Shown here: positions 12,854 through 25,685 of the stretch, one piece after another
Position numbering within the stretch: position 1 is the first letter of the stretch
Layout of the letters: each line of letters begins with the position of its first letter
DNA from: Felis catus
Lineage: Eukaryota
Reading direction: 5' to 3'
Length of the DNA: 64,000 nt
NCBI RefSeq assembly: GCF_018350175.1
Contig: NC_058368.1
Location: 17,052,001 to 17,116,000 of the forward strand
Made by a program: the position numbers and the translations under genes
The notes under the pieces: model-generated
Database searches by the model: none
Told to the model about the DNA's origin: nothing
What the model saw: only the letters and a program-made list of their open reading frames with translations

Positions 12854-13939
12854 AACTTTTTCTTTCTCTTCTTAAGTGAGATAGGAAGGCGAGAGGATGC
12901 AGGAGTTGACCAGTTGCCCTTCTTTCAGGCTAAAATAGGAGTCTGGTAAAGTCTTTTCCCTTGAAGAATACGTCTTTGTTATGGAAAATACTGTGTGTAT
13001 TTTAAAATAGTTACTTTTCTCTTCCCCCTGCCAGAAACATGAGAGCATTATTCTTAGAGCTTTACCATGGGAATGTGGGGGGTTCCTTGAGGTACCCCCA
13101 GAGACTGTCAACAGGAGTTCTCATTTTCAACTTAGTCCACAGTCAATCTTCAACAGTTCATCAAAATTGCTAGGTAGGTGTTCCTACCAGTTTATAATTT
13201 CAGCAACATCTACTCTGTGCAAGTCAACCTCAGCTGTGATTCTCTGTATTCAATTCTGACTCTGGGTTTGTTTATCTTTCCAGGTTTTAGACTGAGAGCT
13301 TTTCCTGTGAATTCAAGTCTCTAACGGGCCCAAGAAAAGTCATTCATTTTCATTTTGTTCAGTTTTTTTTCTTGTTCTCATGATGAATAGATACTTCTTA
13401 AGCTCTTTATATGTCAGAGCTGAAACAAGCTAGTTGTTTCTTTTGAATATAATAAAAAAACATGACGCCCTGATATCATTGTCAAACAGACAATAGTGAA
13501 AGTAATGCCATGGAATATAACAAAAAGTTTTTGCACCATCTGAAAGTTATATGAAAAGAGAAAAAATAAGTCAGGCTGGATTTCTTTATTAAATAATCTA
13601 CACTGGTCCCTGAAATGTTAATGATGAAGAAGGCACTTCTTCGGGCTTCATGTAAGATCCTGGCGAGTATGCAAGGCTGGCATGTAAGTAGGCAGTTACC
13701 ATGCAGCTCCACAACAGAGTGGTACAGGAGCACACAAAATGACCATTTGTTTTTGTTTGACTATTTTACATAAGTACGCGTTATATGCAATGATACCATT
13801 TCATGTGTCAGGGAGTTGAATCCAGCCGTGTAAAAAAGGGAGGGATAGAGGAAGGAAGAAAGCAGGAAGAAACAAAGAAGCAGGCAAGAAAAACGATCCA
13901 TTGTGACACAGTATGAATCTGTTTACTTTTTGGAACTAT

Positions 13940-14700
13940 TAAATTCATGATGTGTTATCAGAAAAGAGATAGGACGTCCTAGATACTCAAAGCCAGATTT
14001 CTTGGAGAAGATGGTGCCTAAATTGGGTCGTGGAAGGTAAGCAGGAGTTCAAAGGCAAAAGAGACTGAGGAAATGAATTCCTGGAAACAGTGTAAAAGAG
14101 AAGTAAGGACGTGAACTACTGGCAAAGTGAATAGTATACATTGAAACTGGAACTCAGAGTGGAGCTGAAATGAGTTTTGGAAACGGAACAAAATGATAAG
14201 AACTAGTACATGGAAGAGTGTTCAGCAGATATTAAATGATTGCTGATAAATGGCTTTGAGACATTAGTTAAAGCTACAGACAGTGATTGAGTGTTCATTG
14301 GATTTGAGATCACTGAAGTCATATGTGACCTTTATCCATGCAGTTTGGCTATTTGTAGTAGATTTATGTGGATTATATGGTGGTTGAGAAATAGTAAATG
14401 GAGACTGTGAGCAGGAGAATTTGGGCTTAGCTGAGAAGAGAAGGAGAGAATGATAGGCTGTGTAAGACAACATATGGTCTGAGGAGGGATGGCTATTTTA
14501 AAATGGAGAAACTTGACATTGTTCATAAGATGGGGGGAGGATAAGGAAAGAAAAATGCTGATGAAATGGGTTAAAAAGTATGTAAGTAGTGGAATGAAAT
14601 TGCAAAGAGCAGGGATGGAGTGGATTGAGACTGGAGGTATACACTAGACAAGCAGGGACAGGAAGAGTGACAATTCAAAGGCTAACTGGACAGCACTAGG
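13940..14700 (-). mobile_element. L2 fragment(s)
   Basis: Purine-rich degenerate L2 antisense (cattggatttgagatcactgaagtcatatgtgacctt). Confidence 0.55.
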
Positions 14701-16839
14701 GCCAAAGGGACTAGGGACCACTATATTCCTAGCAGAGTACCTGGAAGGTTTTCATCTTACATGAAGGGTTTTTTTTAGCTTTCACACTAGATACTGTACA
14801 TATCATATCACACTCCTTGTGCCCTTATCAAGACTACCTTTTCACTTAAGCACATTTTTTTCCTTTCCCTCAAACAATCATTGATTCTGCCATTAAGAAG
14901 TCATCAGAAAGAAAGAGAAAAGATGTTTGTATTTCTAACAGAGGATAAATGTAAATTCTCTAAATGTCAAAAAATGGGAAAATGATTAAGTAAATAAGAG
15001 CGTATCTAAATTATATGGCCATTAAAATTATGTTTTTCATTTCCGTTATTCATCATGCCTGGGATATAGTAGTAGCCAGTATTTATTAGTTAAATAAATA
15101 AATAATCATCTGGACAAAGAGGCTTACTATGGACTCATTTGTACATGCTGTTAACTTATTGAGAGAGAGACGGGTTCTCATCCATTATGAAATTCGGTAT
15201 TCAATGATAAAACTTCTGGCTTGTTACCAGGAGCTTGGGTTAACCAAGGCAACTCTTTCCCACCGTGTCTTCTGTCTGTTCTTGCTCTAAAATGGACACT
15301 GCTATCAGTTAACATGCTAGTTCAGTTGGTGAGCAACTCTGAAACACTATCCTACACAGTGCATTGCAGTCAAATGCCACCATTCCTTACTGGCCTGATT
15401 TTAGAGGACAGCTACGTATAGATCATTTTTTTTGAATCGCCACTCACCTCATGACCCACATGTTCTCTCCAGTATTGCAGGGACCAGATCCTGGGGACAC
15501 CATGGATGTTAGTTACTTTTACAAGAATCTGCTTGAGATGGGGAAGGCCGAAGATGAGCAGAAACCATCCCCTCTTTCAGTAGTGACAGAGCTATTCATG
15601 CCCCTAGCCGACCTGAGGTTTTTCAGCAGCATCGAGGCCACACATTTCCACCGACCTTTATGATGCAGGCAGTGTGAACTTTCCGTGTGTCCTTAAGATG
15701 GTGCCCTAGCATCCTGGTAACGTCTTGATTCCGTGGAAGCTACTCACAGAACGAAGACCCACAGTAGGCTTTGCCTGCGTGCCGGAGCTCCAGCTCTTCC
15801 AAATGCTCTGAAATCACTTACGATAAATCTCTTACTGCTTGAAACACTCAGAGTGGATTCCCTTTCCCAGACCAAACACTGATGAAATCGCCCTGTGGCT
15901 GGAGGTAAGAGGCTGAACAGTAAACACTGTGGTTCAGTGGGCGCTCGTGCTCTCCTACCATGCTTAGCTTGTTCATGGTCACTGCTGTGCATCTGCTGTG
16001 TTCTGCACGCTCTCCTTTTCTGAACGTAGTATTATTGGCACTATGTTGAATAGATTATGGTAGGGTCTAATACAGATAGCCGGTCATTTGGAAGTTACAA
16101 GAACCTAAGTGAATCGTATCCAGAAGTCTTAGTTTTGAAAGCCCACTTGTGTTCCATTTAGGGAACTACTGGATGTGATCTCTACCCACCTCTGCTGCCT
16201 GAATCCCACCCCAGGAGCCACGGGGCCACTCAGCTGACAGAGAGGGTTAGCCGGAGCAGAACCCAAGGCCCGCTTCAGCCTGTGCACGCCCTCCAGCATG
16301 AGGAGGGCCCCGATGTTGTCCCCACCCTGGCCGCCCCCTAAAGACCAGTGTTATCTGCTAGCAAAGGAGTTCCTGAAGGAGGAGCCAAGGTAGTTTCTAC
16401 CACTGGAGGGCCAGGCCCTGGCTATCAGAACCCACTGCTGTGGGCTGGCACCGAGGAGGAGGAGGGGCACCTAGAGTTAGAAGAGGAACACTGGACAGAT
16501 GCACTGGAGACGTGATCCCCTGTGTCCCCCACCCACCTTCCACACCTAATCTGTGCCACAGCCTGCCGGTCTGCCCCATTTCTACATGACTACAATTATA
16601 AATATGAGTTTAAAAGAAAAAAAAAACCTTTTGGATGTTTTGCTATCACTAATTTAGTGTTCTAATCACAGTCATTCATTCGGAGTTTATATTATGCTGC
16701 ATTTGCTGAACAAAATTATAAGCCATTTTTGTAAAGCTGTCCCTTCGAAAGGATGCCTCCTGTAGTTGTTTATTAATAGTGGTGATTTCAGAGGAATAAC
16801 AGAGTTTTGAAAATTAAAGAAACAATTAATCAATTGTGT

Positions 16840-17280
16840 GTACCATATCTTGCCCCTGCCAATTCATCCTGTATATGGCTGTCAGAATATTTCTTTACCA
16901 AAATGTTTCTGATTATCGCGTAGCCGTGCTCCAATCTTTCCAAGTCTTACCATGAGTACAGAATAAGTTACAGACTCCTCACCAGAGCATGTAAGTTTTT
17001 CCATGATCTGTGCCTTCTCTTTGCTTTTCCAAGCATTTATTTCCTTTTAACACACCTAACTATCTAAAAAGGCTGCGTCACTGGCCACGGACAAGACTGT
17101 GACAAATCTTAAGATGTCAGCCCACGCTCTTCCCTTTCATCTCTTTGTCAAGCTCCTCCTTAGGCACTCTATAGGTCCCAGCCCCAACATCATTTCACCA
17201 TAAATATATCTTAATTACATCAATCCCCTTCTTTAAATTCTCAAAGGACTTTTACCTTATTTCTCTTACAGAACTGAGGC
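16840..17280 (+). mobile_element. L2 fragment
   Basis: caattcatcctgtatatggctgtcagaatatttctt...ccatgatctgtgcc. Confidence 0.5.
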
Positions 17281-17602
17281 AATGACAGAGTGAGAAAAGG
17301 CAATTTAAAAACACAGACTAAAATCTGACGGGATGACCAAGACTGACTATATAGGTTTCGAAACTTACCTCATGGAAGTAAGAAATGAGAGTACCAGGTC
17401 AAAGTGATTATGATTTGGTAAATAATCATGTAAGCTGGCATATGTCAGTGCTTCCTATTCTAGTCTGTATTCGGGACTGCAGAATAGAAGATACTAGGCT
17501 TGAAATATATAATTAAAAAAAACCTGAACCTTAATCACTCAGTAAAAGTAGTTCAGTTCATTAAACTCTGATTTTGTTACCTCTTGTGATAATTGCCCAT
17601 TA

Positions 17603-17640
17603 CATTTTTTTTAATGTTTATTCTTTTTTTTTTTTTTTTT

Positions 17641-17678
<38 letters not shown>

Positions 17679-17846
17679 AGCATGAGTGGGGGCGGGGCAG
17701 AGAGAGAGAGAGTGACACAATCCGAAGCAGGCTCCAGGCTCTGAGCTGTCAGCACAGAGGCCGACGCCAGGCTCAAACTCACAAACTGTGAGTTGATGAC
17801 CTGGCCCAAGTCGGACACTTAACTGACTGAGCCACCCAGGCGCCCC
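17603..17846 (-). mobile_element. CAN-SINE
   Basis: Perfect 15-bp TSD gataattgcccatta (17588-17602, 17847-17861). Confidence 0.96.
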
Positions 17847-18019
17847 GATAATTGCCCATTAAAGAGGCTGTCTCTTCCATGTTTGGTAAAGCCTTTTTTT
17901 TCTTTTTTTTTAAGTTGGGTTAACTTATTTATTTATCTATTTAGAGATAATTTAAGCATGTTGATAAAGACTATCTTCAGATTTTCACAGCGTCTTCTTA
18001 GTAAAGCATGGTTCTGATT

Positions 18020-18500
18020 ATTTATTCATTCATGCATTTATTCCCTCTACTTTTGAACATATATAACATGCAAAGCTCAGTGGCAGGAATTGGAAGTGAG
18101 AAAGGAGAGATTAGTTTGAAGAACAACCATTGCTCTGTTCAACTGGACCACAGACTTCATGAAGAGAAACAGTGGGAGAAAGGATTTCCAAAGCCAAATG
18201 AAGTCATATCATAGAGCACCTGAGATAATTAGCCAAAGGTCCTGATTTATTCAGTAGACGAAGGGAAACTAATACAACCTTTGGTCAGGGATATAAGATG
18301 ATCAGGGATAGGATTTAGAAACAAGTTATGACTAATAAAGGAAAAATATTGGAATCTAGGGAAACCCTTAGGCATCTATCACACTCATCTGTGTAATAGA
18401 GTGATACTACAGTGGCAAGGGAAAGAAGAGGAAAGAGATAGAGGGAGGGAGATGGAGGTAGACAGTCTACAATGAATTTGGAAACTGATCGGATTCATTG
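18020..18500 (-). mobile_element. L2 fragment
   Basis: ttattcattcatgcatttattc tail plus degenerate L2 body. Confidence 0.5.
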
Positions 18501-19169
18501 GGCACAAGCAAAGTTAGCTGCAAAATTTGCAGGACCCGGTGCAAATGACTGACGTCCAACATGTGGAGCTCCTGTTCAAAAGGCACTTTCGAAGAAGGAA
18601 GAAAGCTCTACTAAAGTTACTAAAATATAAAGTTCTTCCACTTGAGATAGTTTATTATTTATAAAATGTAAGAGGGGTAATAGAGACACAGGAGTAAAAA
18701 CATAAACTTCAAAATCCAAAAAAGAAAATACTTTGGTCTCATAATTTTTTATAATATAATAAAAACACTGTATTAATGGGATATATTGCTCTTGGCAAAT
18801 TCAAGATCGCAACTACCTTTTTCATCATTTTTAATTTTGAGAAGGGACTCTCTGCTGATGCAACTTTCATTGGAAAGTTAGGAGCAATTTATAGGCTGTG
18901 AAAACATCAGGATAATTTTTTTTCAATCGAAGTATAATTGACATGCCATATTGTATTAGTTTCTGGTGTACAACATACTGAAATAACAATTCTGTATATT
19001 ATGCAATATTCATCACCATAAATATAGTTGCCATATGTCACATTGGGATAAATCTCTGATAAATTATTACAAAAAAAACATTTTAGTACAGCTAGAATTG
19101 AGGATTCTCAGGGAACAATTTTTCTAAAAAAATGTAACTTCAAACAAATTAATTTTGTGTAATTATGAG

Positions 19170-19374
19170 TTTTTTGTGGTTTATTTATGTATTTTGAAAT
19201 GGGGGGGGAGGGGAGAGAGAGCATGTGCACAAGCAGGGGAGGAACAGAGGAAGAGGGAGAGAATCCAAAGCAGGCTTCGCACTGTCAGCACTGAGCCCAA
19301 CGTGATGGTCAAACTGACAAAACTAAAACCGTGAGATCATGACCTGAGCCGAAATCAAGAGTGACTGCTGAACC
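19170..19374 (-). mobile_element. CAN-SINE, head truncated, nested in hAT element
   Basis: gagatcatgacctgagccgaaatcaagagt; lacks terminal gagccacccaggcgcccc. Confidence 0.85.
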
Positions 19375-20140
19375 AAGGTCATTCGAGAAAATGTAGATAA
19401 TTTTATACAATTCAAAATCTCCATTTTTGCATTTTATCACTATATTTTCAACTGTAAGGAAAACTTAATTTCAAAATCATCCCTTGTTAATAATTTGTTC
19501 TTTGAAACTTTATTGAAAATGTTATTTTCTGTTGAATGTGATGATCTTTAAAGCTAATTTCTATTTCTAAGCCTGTGCATATTTGCTTTGCAATGTGACA
19601 GCCGTTTTCAAAACCTGCGATTCTAAATTTTTTAAGAATTTTAATAACTCCCTGATATGCTTTATTACAATGTTCATACATAGGCAACTTATTTTGTAAT
19701 ATTTACTGGAAGCTGAATTCCTAGGGGCTAGCAGTTCCTGCCCCATGACTCCAGTTGGAGAATTAACACTTGTGCAGACACTACAGGGAAGGGGTCTGGG
19801 GACAGACCAGCAAGCCTGTCTCCCACATGAGGCCTGGTGCTGCCCCTTTTTCTCCCCCATAGCCATGGTCACTTCTGCAGCGACTGCCAGTACAACCACC
19901 AGCAATATGGATCAAGTTCCACCAGGCCACCCCTTCAGGGCCTCATGACCCAGGGACTTCCCCAAGGCATACATATGCCCTCCGGGACCACTGCTGTGTG
20001 CACACTGCCCACAGATGCTGCTGGGCCACAGCAGTGCCCGCTGCCCGCCAAAACCTCTCTGCTCACGCACCTCCCTTGCCTCACCAGGCTTCACTTACAA
20101 AACATAAGTTTAAAATAGAATTAAGAGTATCCAGATGGAT

Positions 20141-20303
20141 GGGATGCTTGGGTGGCTCAGTCGGTTGAGCATCCGATTCTTGATTTTGGCTCAGGTCATG
20201 ATCCCAGGGTTGTGAGATGGACCTCTGTGCTGGGCCTTGAGCCTGCTTAAGATTCCCTTTCCCTCCTCCCCTCTCCTCTGCTCACACTCTCTCTCTTTCT
20301 AAA

Positions 20304-20339
<36 letters not shown>

Positions 20340-20350
20340 TAAAAAAACAA
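20141..20350 (+). mobile_element. Older CAN-SINE with (ATA)n tail, nested in hAT element
   Basis: Flanking repeat atccagatgg (20129-20138, 20357-20366). Confidence 0.9.
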
Positions 20351-20795
20351 AGGAACATCCAGATGGTGAGAGCGGAACATTAAAGCAAATGTGGGGCGCT
20401 TCTCAGCAGAGGGTCTTGTGCGGCGTACAGGTCACACGCCCACCAAGCTGGCCCTGAGCACAAGGAGGATCTGAGATGATTATTAACACTACCCCCTGAG
20501 CGAGTGCTGTGACTGTTAACAGAAACCAACCCTGGAAGAAGGAGTTCCAAAGGGGTAAGACGGAGAGAGGCCGAAGGTAACGCGTTCAGTTGTAACACTT
20601 AACTGAGGTAGAGTACAAAACTAACCAAAGTTTAAGCAACAAACTCTTCAAATGGAGACTCATTTTTAGGAAACAAGCCACTACGCAAGATGCTCCCTCC
20701 TCTTTCCCACTTGTTTTTGCCCTGTCTTCCTTGGGCTCTCTTTTAACTTGAGTCTCTCCTCTACCGTCCTTTCATGTCTCTGGGGTAGAGTAATT

Positions 20796-21251
20796 CTGTT
20801 TCAAGGCAGTTTTAAACATGTCTTCAAATCCTTTGACATTCCTCTTTAAGGAATCCTGACTGCAACCAATAGAACACTGACACGCGGAAGCCACGTATTT
20901 TCTGCCTGCTTCTCCTGGAACGTGTTCTCCACGTGTCTCATGGGACACTACCTCTCAGAACACAGAGCCAGGTTACCAGATGCCCAAGACACATGGAGAG
21001 TGGAGGCACAGGGGCTCCAGGCGATGCACCTGCCAAGCCCAGCCCTGCGGTCATCTCCACCCAGGTACGGTGATTTCACCCTCAGCCTCCAAGGCTTCCC
21101 AGCTTAGGCCCTAGATATCTGAGAACAGGGACGAGCCATGCTGCCGTGCCTTGTCTGAATTCTCAGCCCATGAGATCCATAAGCATAAGACGGTTGCCTT
21201 CCATCACTAAGTGCTGCTTTAGTTTGTAACACAGCAGCGAAAACTGCAGCA
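20796..21251 (+). mobile_element. Solo MaLR LTR (MLT1G/H-like)
   Basis: gccttgtctgaattctcagcccatgagatccataagc...tagtttgtaacacagcagcg end. Confidence 0.65.
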
Positions 21252-21354
21252 ACCTCTGTCATTTGCATAAGTTGGGGCAAAAACAGTTTCTTTTTTGTTG
21301 GTGAGTGAGGAGGGGTGTGGGGAAAATGCCAAATTCACTCAATTCATTTTACTT

Positions 21355-21920
21355 TCCAGTTTTATCAAATATAATTGACACCTAACATCGTGCCAGCTTA
21401 AGGTGTACAACATAACAATTTGATACATGTATCTATTGCAAAATGATTACCGCAATAAGTTTAATTGGCATCCTTTAGCATACAGTTGCAGAATGTTTTT
21501 CTCTTGTGCCGAGGATTTTTAAGATCTACGTTCTTAGCAACTGTCAAATATACAATATTGTTAACTATAGTCACCGTGCTGTGCATTATATCCCCAGAAA
21601 TTATTTACCTTATAACTGTAAGTTTGTACCTTTTGACTCCCTTCACTCATTTTGCCCACCCCCCTACCCCACTGCCCCCGCTTTGGCAATCACCAATCTC
21701 TGTGAATGATGAATGTTAACTCTGTGTCTATGAGTCTATTTTGTTTTGTTTTGTTTAAGATTCCACATATAAGTGAGCTCATACAGTATTTGTCTTTCTC
21801 TAACTTATTTCACTTAGCATAATGCCCTCAAGGTCCGTCCACATTTTCCAAATGACAGGATTTCCTTCTTGTGTATGGCTGAATAATATTTCAATCTATC
21901 TATCCCATTTTATTTATTCA
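21355..21920 (-). mobile_element. L1 3' UTR (L1MA9-like)
   Basis: ataattgacac...taaggtgtacaacat; gattccacatataagtgag; tttcacttagcataatgccctcaaggtcc. Confidence 0.85.
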
Positions 21921-22205
21921 ATTTTTTCTTTTTCCTCTCCGCTCCCTGAGATTAGCTGAGATATTTTAAAGACGTTCACCAAAAAGCTAAGAATAACAAA
22001 AAACAAAATAATTTAGGCATGTAGAAAGTGCATAAAAAATCTTAAAGCTTATCAGGGTTAGATTTCTGATACTGGTATATCTAATTTATTTACAGGCACA
22101 CAATTCATTTCATTGTATGAGAAACTATAGAAGACTGTTTTTCAGTTCTTAAACTATTTTTCTACCCTTGTATGTTTTTATTTCTTCTTCCTTAAGAAGA
22201 TGCTA

Positions 22206-22400
22206 TGCATAAGAAATACAGTCAATAATATTGTAATAACTTTGTATGGTGACAAATGTGACAAATTAGACAATGTGGGGATCATTTCATAATGTGTAAA
22301 AACAGCAAACCACTCTGATATGCACCTGAAACTAATAGGATATTGTATATCAATTATACTTCAATTTAAAAATTTAGATATTTAAAAATTTTTAAAGGGC
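22206..22400 (+). mobile_element. Carnivore L1 3' end
   Basis: gtcaataatattgtaataactttgtatggtgac...cacctgaaactaat...tcaattatacttcaatt; flanks aagatgcta. Confidence 0.8.
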
Positions 22401-22613
22401 AAGATGCTAAGCTCAAGTAATGGGCCTTCAAGAGGAAACAAGGAGAAAACACATTCTCAGATGAACCGGAAGGTAGATGCTGCACAACTGTCAATCCAGA
22501 TAAAAAGCTTAGTCTCCATCCTTTCTTCCCCTCTAAACTTTTTTGGACAAGTCAGCTAAAATGTTACCAAGAAAGCGGCAATTTGGCCGGATCTTAAAGG
22601 ACACTTTGTTCCT

Positions 22614-22700
22614 AATTTAACACTGTATGTTAACTAACTGGAATTAATTAAAAAAAAAAAAAAAAAAAAAACTTTGAAAAGTAATAAAAATTTTTGCTAA
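22614..22700 (+). mobile_element. Extremely 5'-truncated L1 tail (~35 bp plus poly-A)
   Basis: aacactgtatgttaactaactggaatt + A-run; flanks aaagg(g)ac(a/g)ctttgttcct on both sides. Confidence 0.75.
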
Positions 22701-24092
22701 AAAGGGACGCTTTGTTCCTGGTGAATAGGCAACAGTCCAACGAATAATTTGAATTAATGCACGCGGCAGGCAAAGATCCACAATACAAAATGGGAAACCG
22801 TGGCCAGGAGAGGCGGCGTCATGTCATGAGACCACGGCGAGATGCTGGGGTCTACAGGCGTGCCTTTAAAGTCAGTGGCAATATTCTCTGAATGCAATGG
22901 GCTGAAAAAAGAGGCACTTCTGTAATTCCGCAGCCAAATCAGAAAATGTGAGAATACTGTGCCAAACACATAAAGCGTGATATTTATTTGGACCCAAAAT
23001 GTACTTTGACAAACTTTATGTCATGGAAAAATATGCCTTTCGTCAAAGAACTGCTTGACATTTTCCATTTCAGTATTTAATTATATAAGCCATTTTTAAA
23101 CATAAATCATTTCAATCAAGTATTCAGAATACCTATAAAAAAAGACTTTTGAAACTTGCAGCAAATTTCATCAAATTCCCTTTCATTCGTTTTTTTCTGT
23201 ATTTGATTTGAAAAATCAAAGCCATTCTTCAATCTTGAAAGACTATTTTACCTAATAGGTGTTATGAGCTTACCATCAGCAGCAATAAAAAGCTACTCAA
23301 AAATTCAAGAGAAACCATGATTAAAGAGGTTTGATTTTGGAAAGATTAATCATATTACTTTAAACAGTGGAACCTATATGCCCCATATGGCTGTCATGTG
23401 TCTGTGTGTCCCTGGGCACGGGCAAGGATGGAGACAGACTAGGAATTTGTGCTGATGTGAAAAGCTGGCTGTAATTTCAAAACTTACAGAATATTTTGGT
23501 TTTACAAAACTGTTGTTATCCAAGCCAAAAATGTGGGTTCCCTCTTGCCCCACACCTCAGAACACTGATTCATTGTATATTCTCCTTGAAAATATTTATT
23601 GATAGGAGATAAATGGTCCCCTCTGTCTTCTAGATGTCAGAGGACAATGACTCGTCTGTCGAACAAGGAGCTCAAATTTGTCTAACTTATGCTCTTATGC
23701 AGCTTTTCATAATAAATAAACTGCAAATATTGCAATGCCAGAACACAAATGCTTCATCCTTGACTTTTGTTTCAAATTCATGAGAAACTTATCTATAAAA
23801 TAGGCTTAAACGTGCTTTTGGATTCCATGGAACTATTCTAAGATGACAACTGGCAAAAATATTTTTATCTAATTCTATCTTTCTATTGAGTGGGAAAAAA
23901 ATTACCTTTATCAAAATTTCTCTTCCTCTTTCCCTCCCCGATCCCCACCTGTTTTTAACATTTGAGAACTATTCTACACTTAAGCCTCCAGAAAATATAT
24001 ATACATATATACAGTATTTGCTCATAGTTGAAAGTGCAGTATCTTTATGATTTTGAAATTGTTTTATGATTTTTATTAAAAACAAAATGGCC

Positions 24093-24324
24093 AGGAGCCT
24101 GGGTGACTCAGTTGTTCGAGCATCCGACTTCAGCTCAGGCCATGATCTCGTGGTTCATGGGTTCGAGCCCTACCTCGGGCTCTGTGCTGACAGCTCAGAG
24201 CCTGAAGCCTTCTTCAGATTCTGTGTCTCCTTCTCTCTCTGCCCCTCCCCAACTCATGCTTTGTCTCTGTCTCTCTCTCTCTCAAAAATAAACATTAAAA
24301 AAAAATTTTAATAAAAAAATAAAA
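24093..24324 (+). mobile_element. CAN-SINE
   Basis: TSD taaaaacaaaatggc (24077-24091, 24325-24339). Confidence 0.95.
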
Positions 24325-25202
24325 TAAAAACAAAATGGCATAATACCACATTACCAAGGCAAATAATGGACTCTACGCTTACGGAGAGTATTATTTTAAA
24401 CTATTGTTCAGCCATTTATATCTACAATCGAGTGATTTTGGATCTTATCATAAAATCAAAATACAGACAATAGCATCTAACTGAGAAAGACAGAGAAGTT
24501 CCTTTCACTTATTTATTTGTTCATTTAACAAGTTCTTCCTCTGGCATTTCCCATATCAAACACCATCTTAGGCAACTGGAAGGTAGGGACAAAGTCCATA
24601 GGGAGACTTTTGCCCTCAAGGAGCTTACATTTTGACATATACGGAAGGAAAATGAGAGTTCTGAAACAAACCTGACAGAGCACAATTTTTCTAAGGGAAA
24701 GTCATTTATTTAAAAACTTGCCAGATTTAAAGATAACTAATTTCTTGGGGGCTAAACCTTATTTTAGAGAAAGGATAGAAATCTTAAAAGTTCAAATGCT
24801 AGAGATCTGTCAGTGGGCTTTGTTGCTTTTTGCTGCTGCCGTTTTTGTTTTCTGTTTTTTGGTTTTTTTAATTCCTTCATTTCCTGTGAAAGGCAATGAT
24901 AAATATCATGCAGATATTACCTTCTCTGAATTCTGCCCTGTGCTAGGTATGGGGTTGCTTCAAACAATCTCGTCATCCTGTACACTTGCACTGGCAAAGA
25001 TTTCTGGGACAAAGAAGTAGCCCCAGTGGTCGATGAGAGCCACTGCTAGTCCTGTGGACATGGTCACTTGGTTATCTCAAAAGATATAGGTTCTCCAACT
25101 CCTTTCATTTCCACCTCTGGGGGGAAGGGAAAAAGACAAATTTACTGGTGATAGGCAATAGCATCTTAATTATGTCATGTGGGTAAATGTAATGATCACA
25201 TC

Positions 25203-25685
25203 TGTAGTGGACTGTGAATTACTCCCCTCGTATTTATGCCCCTTTGCAAAGTAACTTGGTGAGCCCTTCATCCACAGGTAGCATGTAATTCTCTCTCTGA
25301 ATCTGAATCAGGGATCACATTGTGATTTGCTTTGGCTAATGGAACACAAAGGAGGTAAAATGTTCAAGCTCTTAGGACTCAGAAGGTTTTGCATGCTTCC
25401 ACTGCCTCTTGGAGCTCTGCAGTGCCCTGGGAGACTATGTGGGGACAGGCTCCGATTTTTCCAGTCACTCCTGCTGAGCTCGTTATAGACTTACAGTCTC
25501 GGGGAACCCACCAGCTGAACACAGAAACATGAGTAAACCCGAACAAGATCAGAGCATGCAAGCCCAGGCAGGAGCAACCATCCGGCTGAATTCAACTCTG
25601 CAAAATCTGATCTAAAGTCACTGTTGTTATTTTAAGTCACTTAAGTTTTGAGATGGTTTCCATACAGCAAAAGTTAACTAACAGA
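25203..25685 (+). mobile_element. Solo MaLR LTR (MLT1I/J-like)
   Basis: tgtgatttgctttggctaatggaa; gttattttaagtcacttaagttttgagatggttt...cagcaaaagttaactaaca. Confidence 0.7.

Larger units (their letters stand above)
8790..13430 (-). mobile_element. Old L1 (L1MD-like): ORF2 5' half, ORF1 region and 5' end
   Basis: Continuous antisense L1 motifs (aatgagttaggaaatattccctcttcta; tttccctctaaactctgctttgctgcatcccaca; gaagaattgaccattt; tctgatgagaagtc); 5' tip resembles 56690-56975. Confidence 0.8.
18509..20456 (-). mobile_element. hAT-Tip100 DNA transposon, MER45-type, with internal transposase remnant and nested L1 tail/SINEs
   Basis: MER45-like termini at both ends (...ccaagctggccctg at right); 8-bp TSD ggcacaag/agcacaag (18501-18508, 20457-20464); peptide KKFRIAGFENGCHIAKQICTGLEIEISFKD at 19487-19687(-). 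Confidence 0.8.

Noticed and set aside
15912..15938. Small hairpin ctgaac-agt-aaac-act-gtg-gttcag
   Set aside because: Far too short and imperfect for a pre-miRNA or structured RNA call.
17360..17400. Minus-strand pyrimidine tract + GAG|GTAAGT
   Set aside because: GAG is a poor acceptor, no good upstream acceptor, and the sequence resembles the MIR cttacctcat motif.
24376..24500. Minus-strand AG...GTAAGC bounded segment (~24383-24480)
   Set aside because: Stops in all three frames and weak donor context; indistinguishable from a pseudo-exon.
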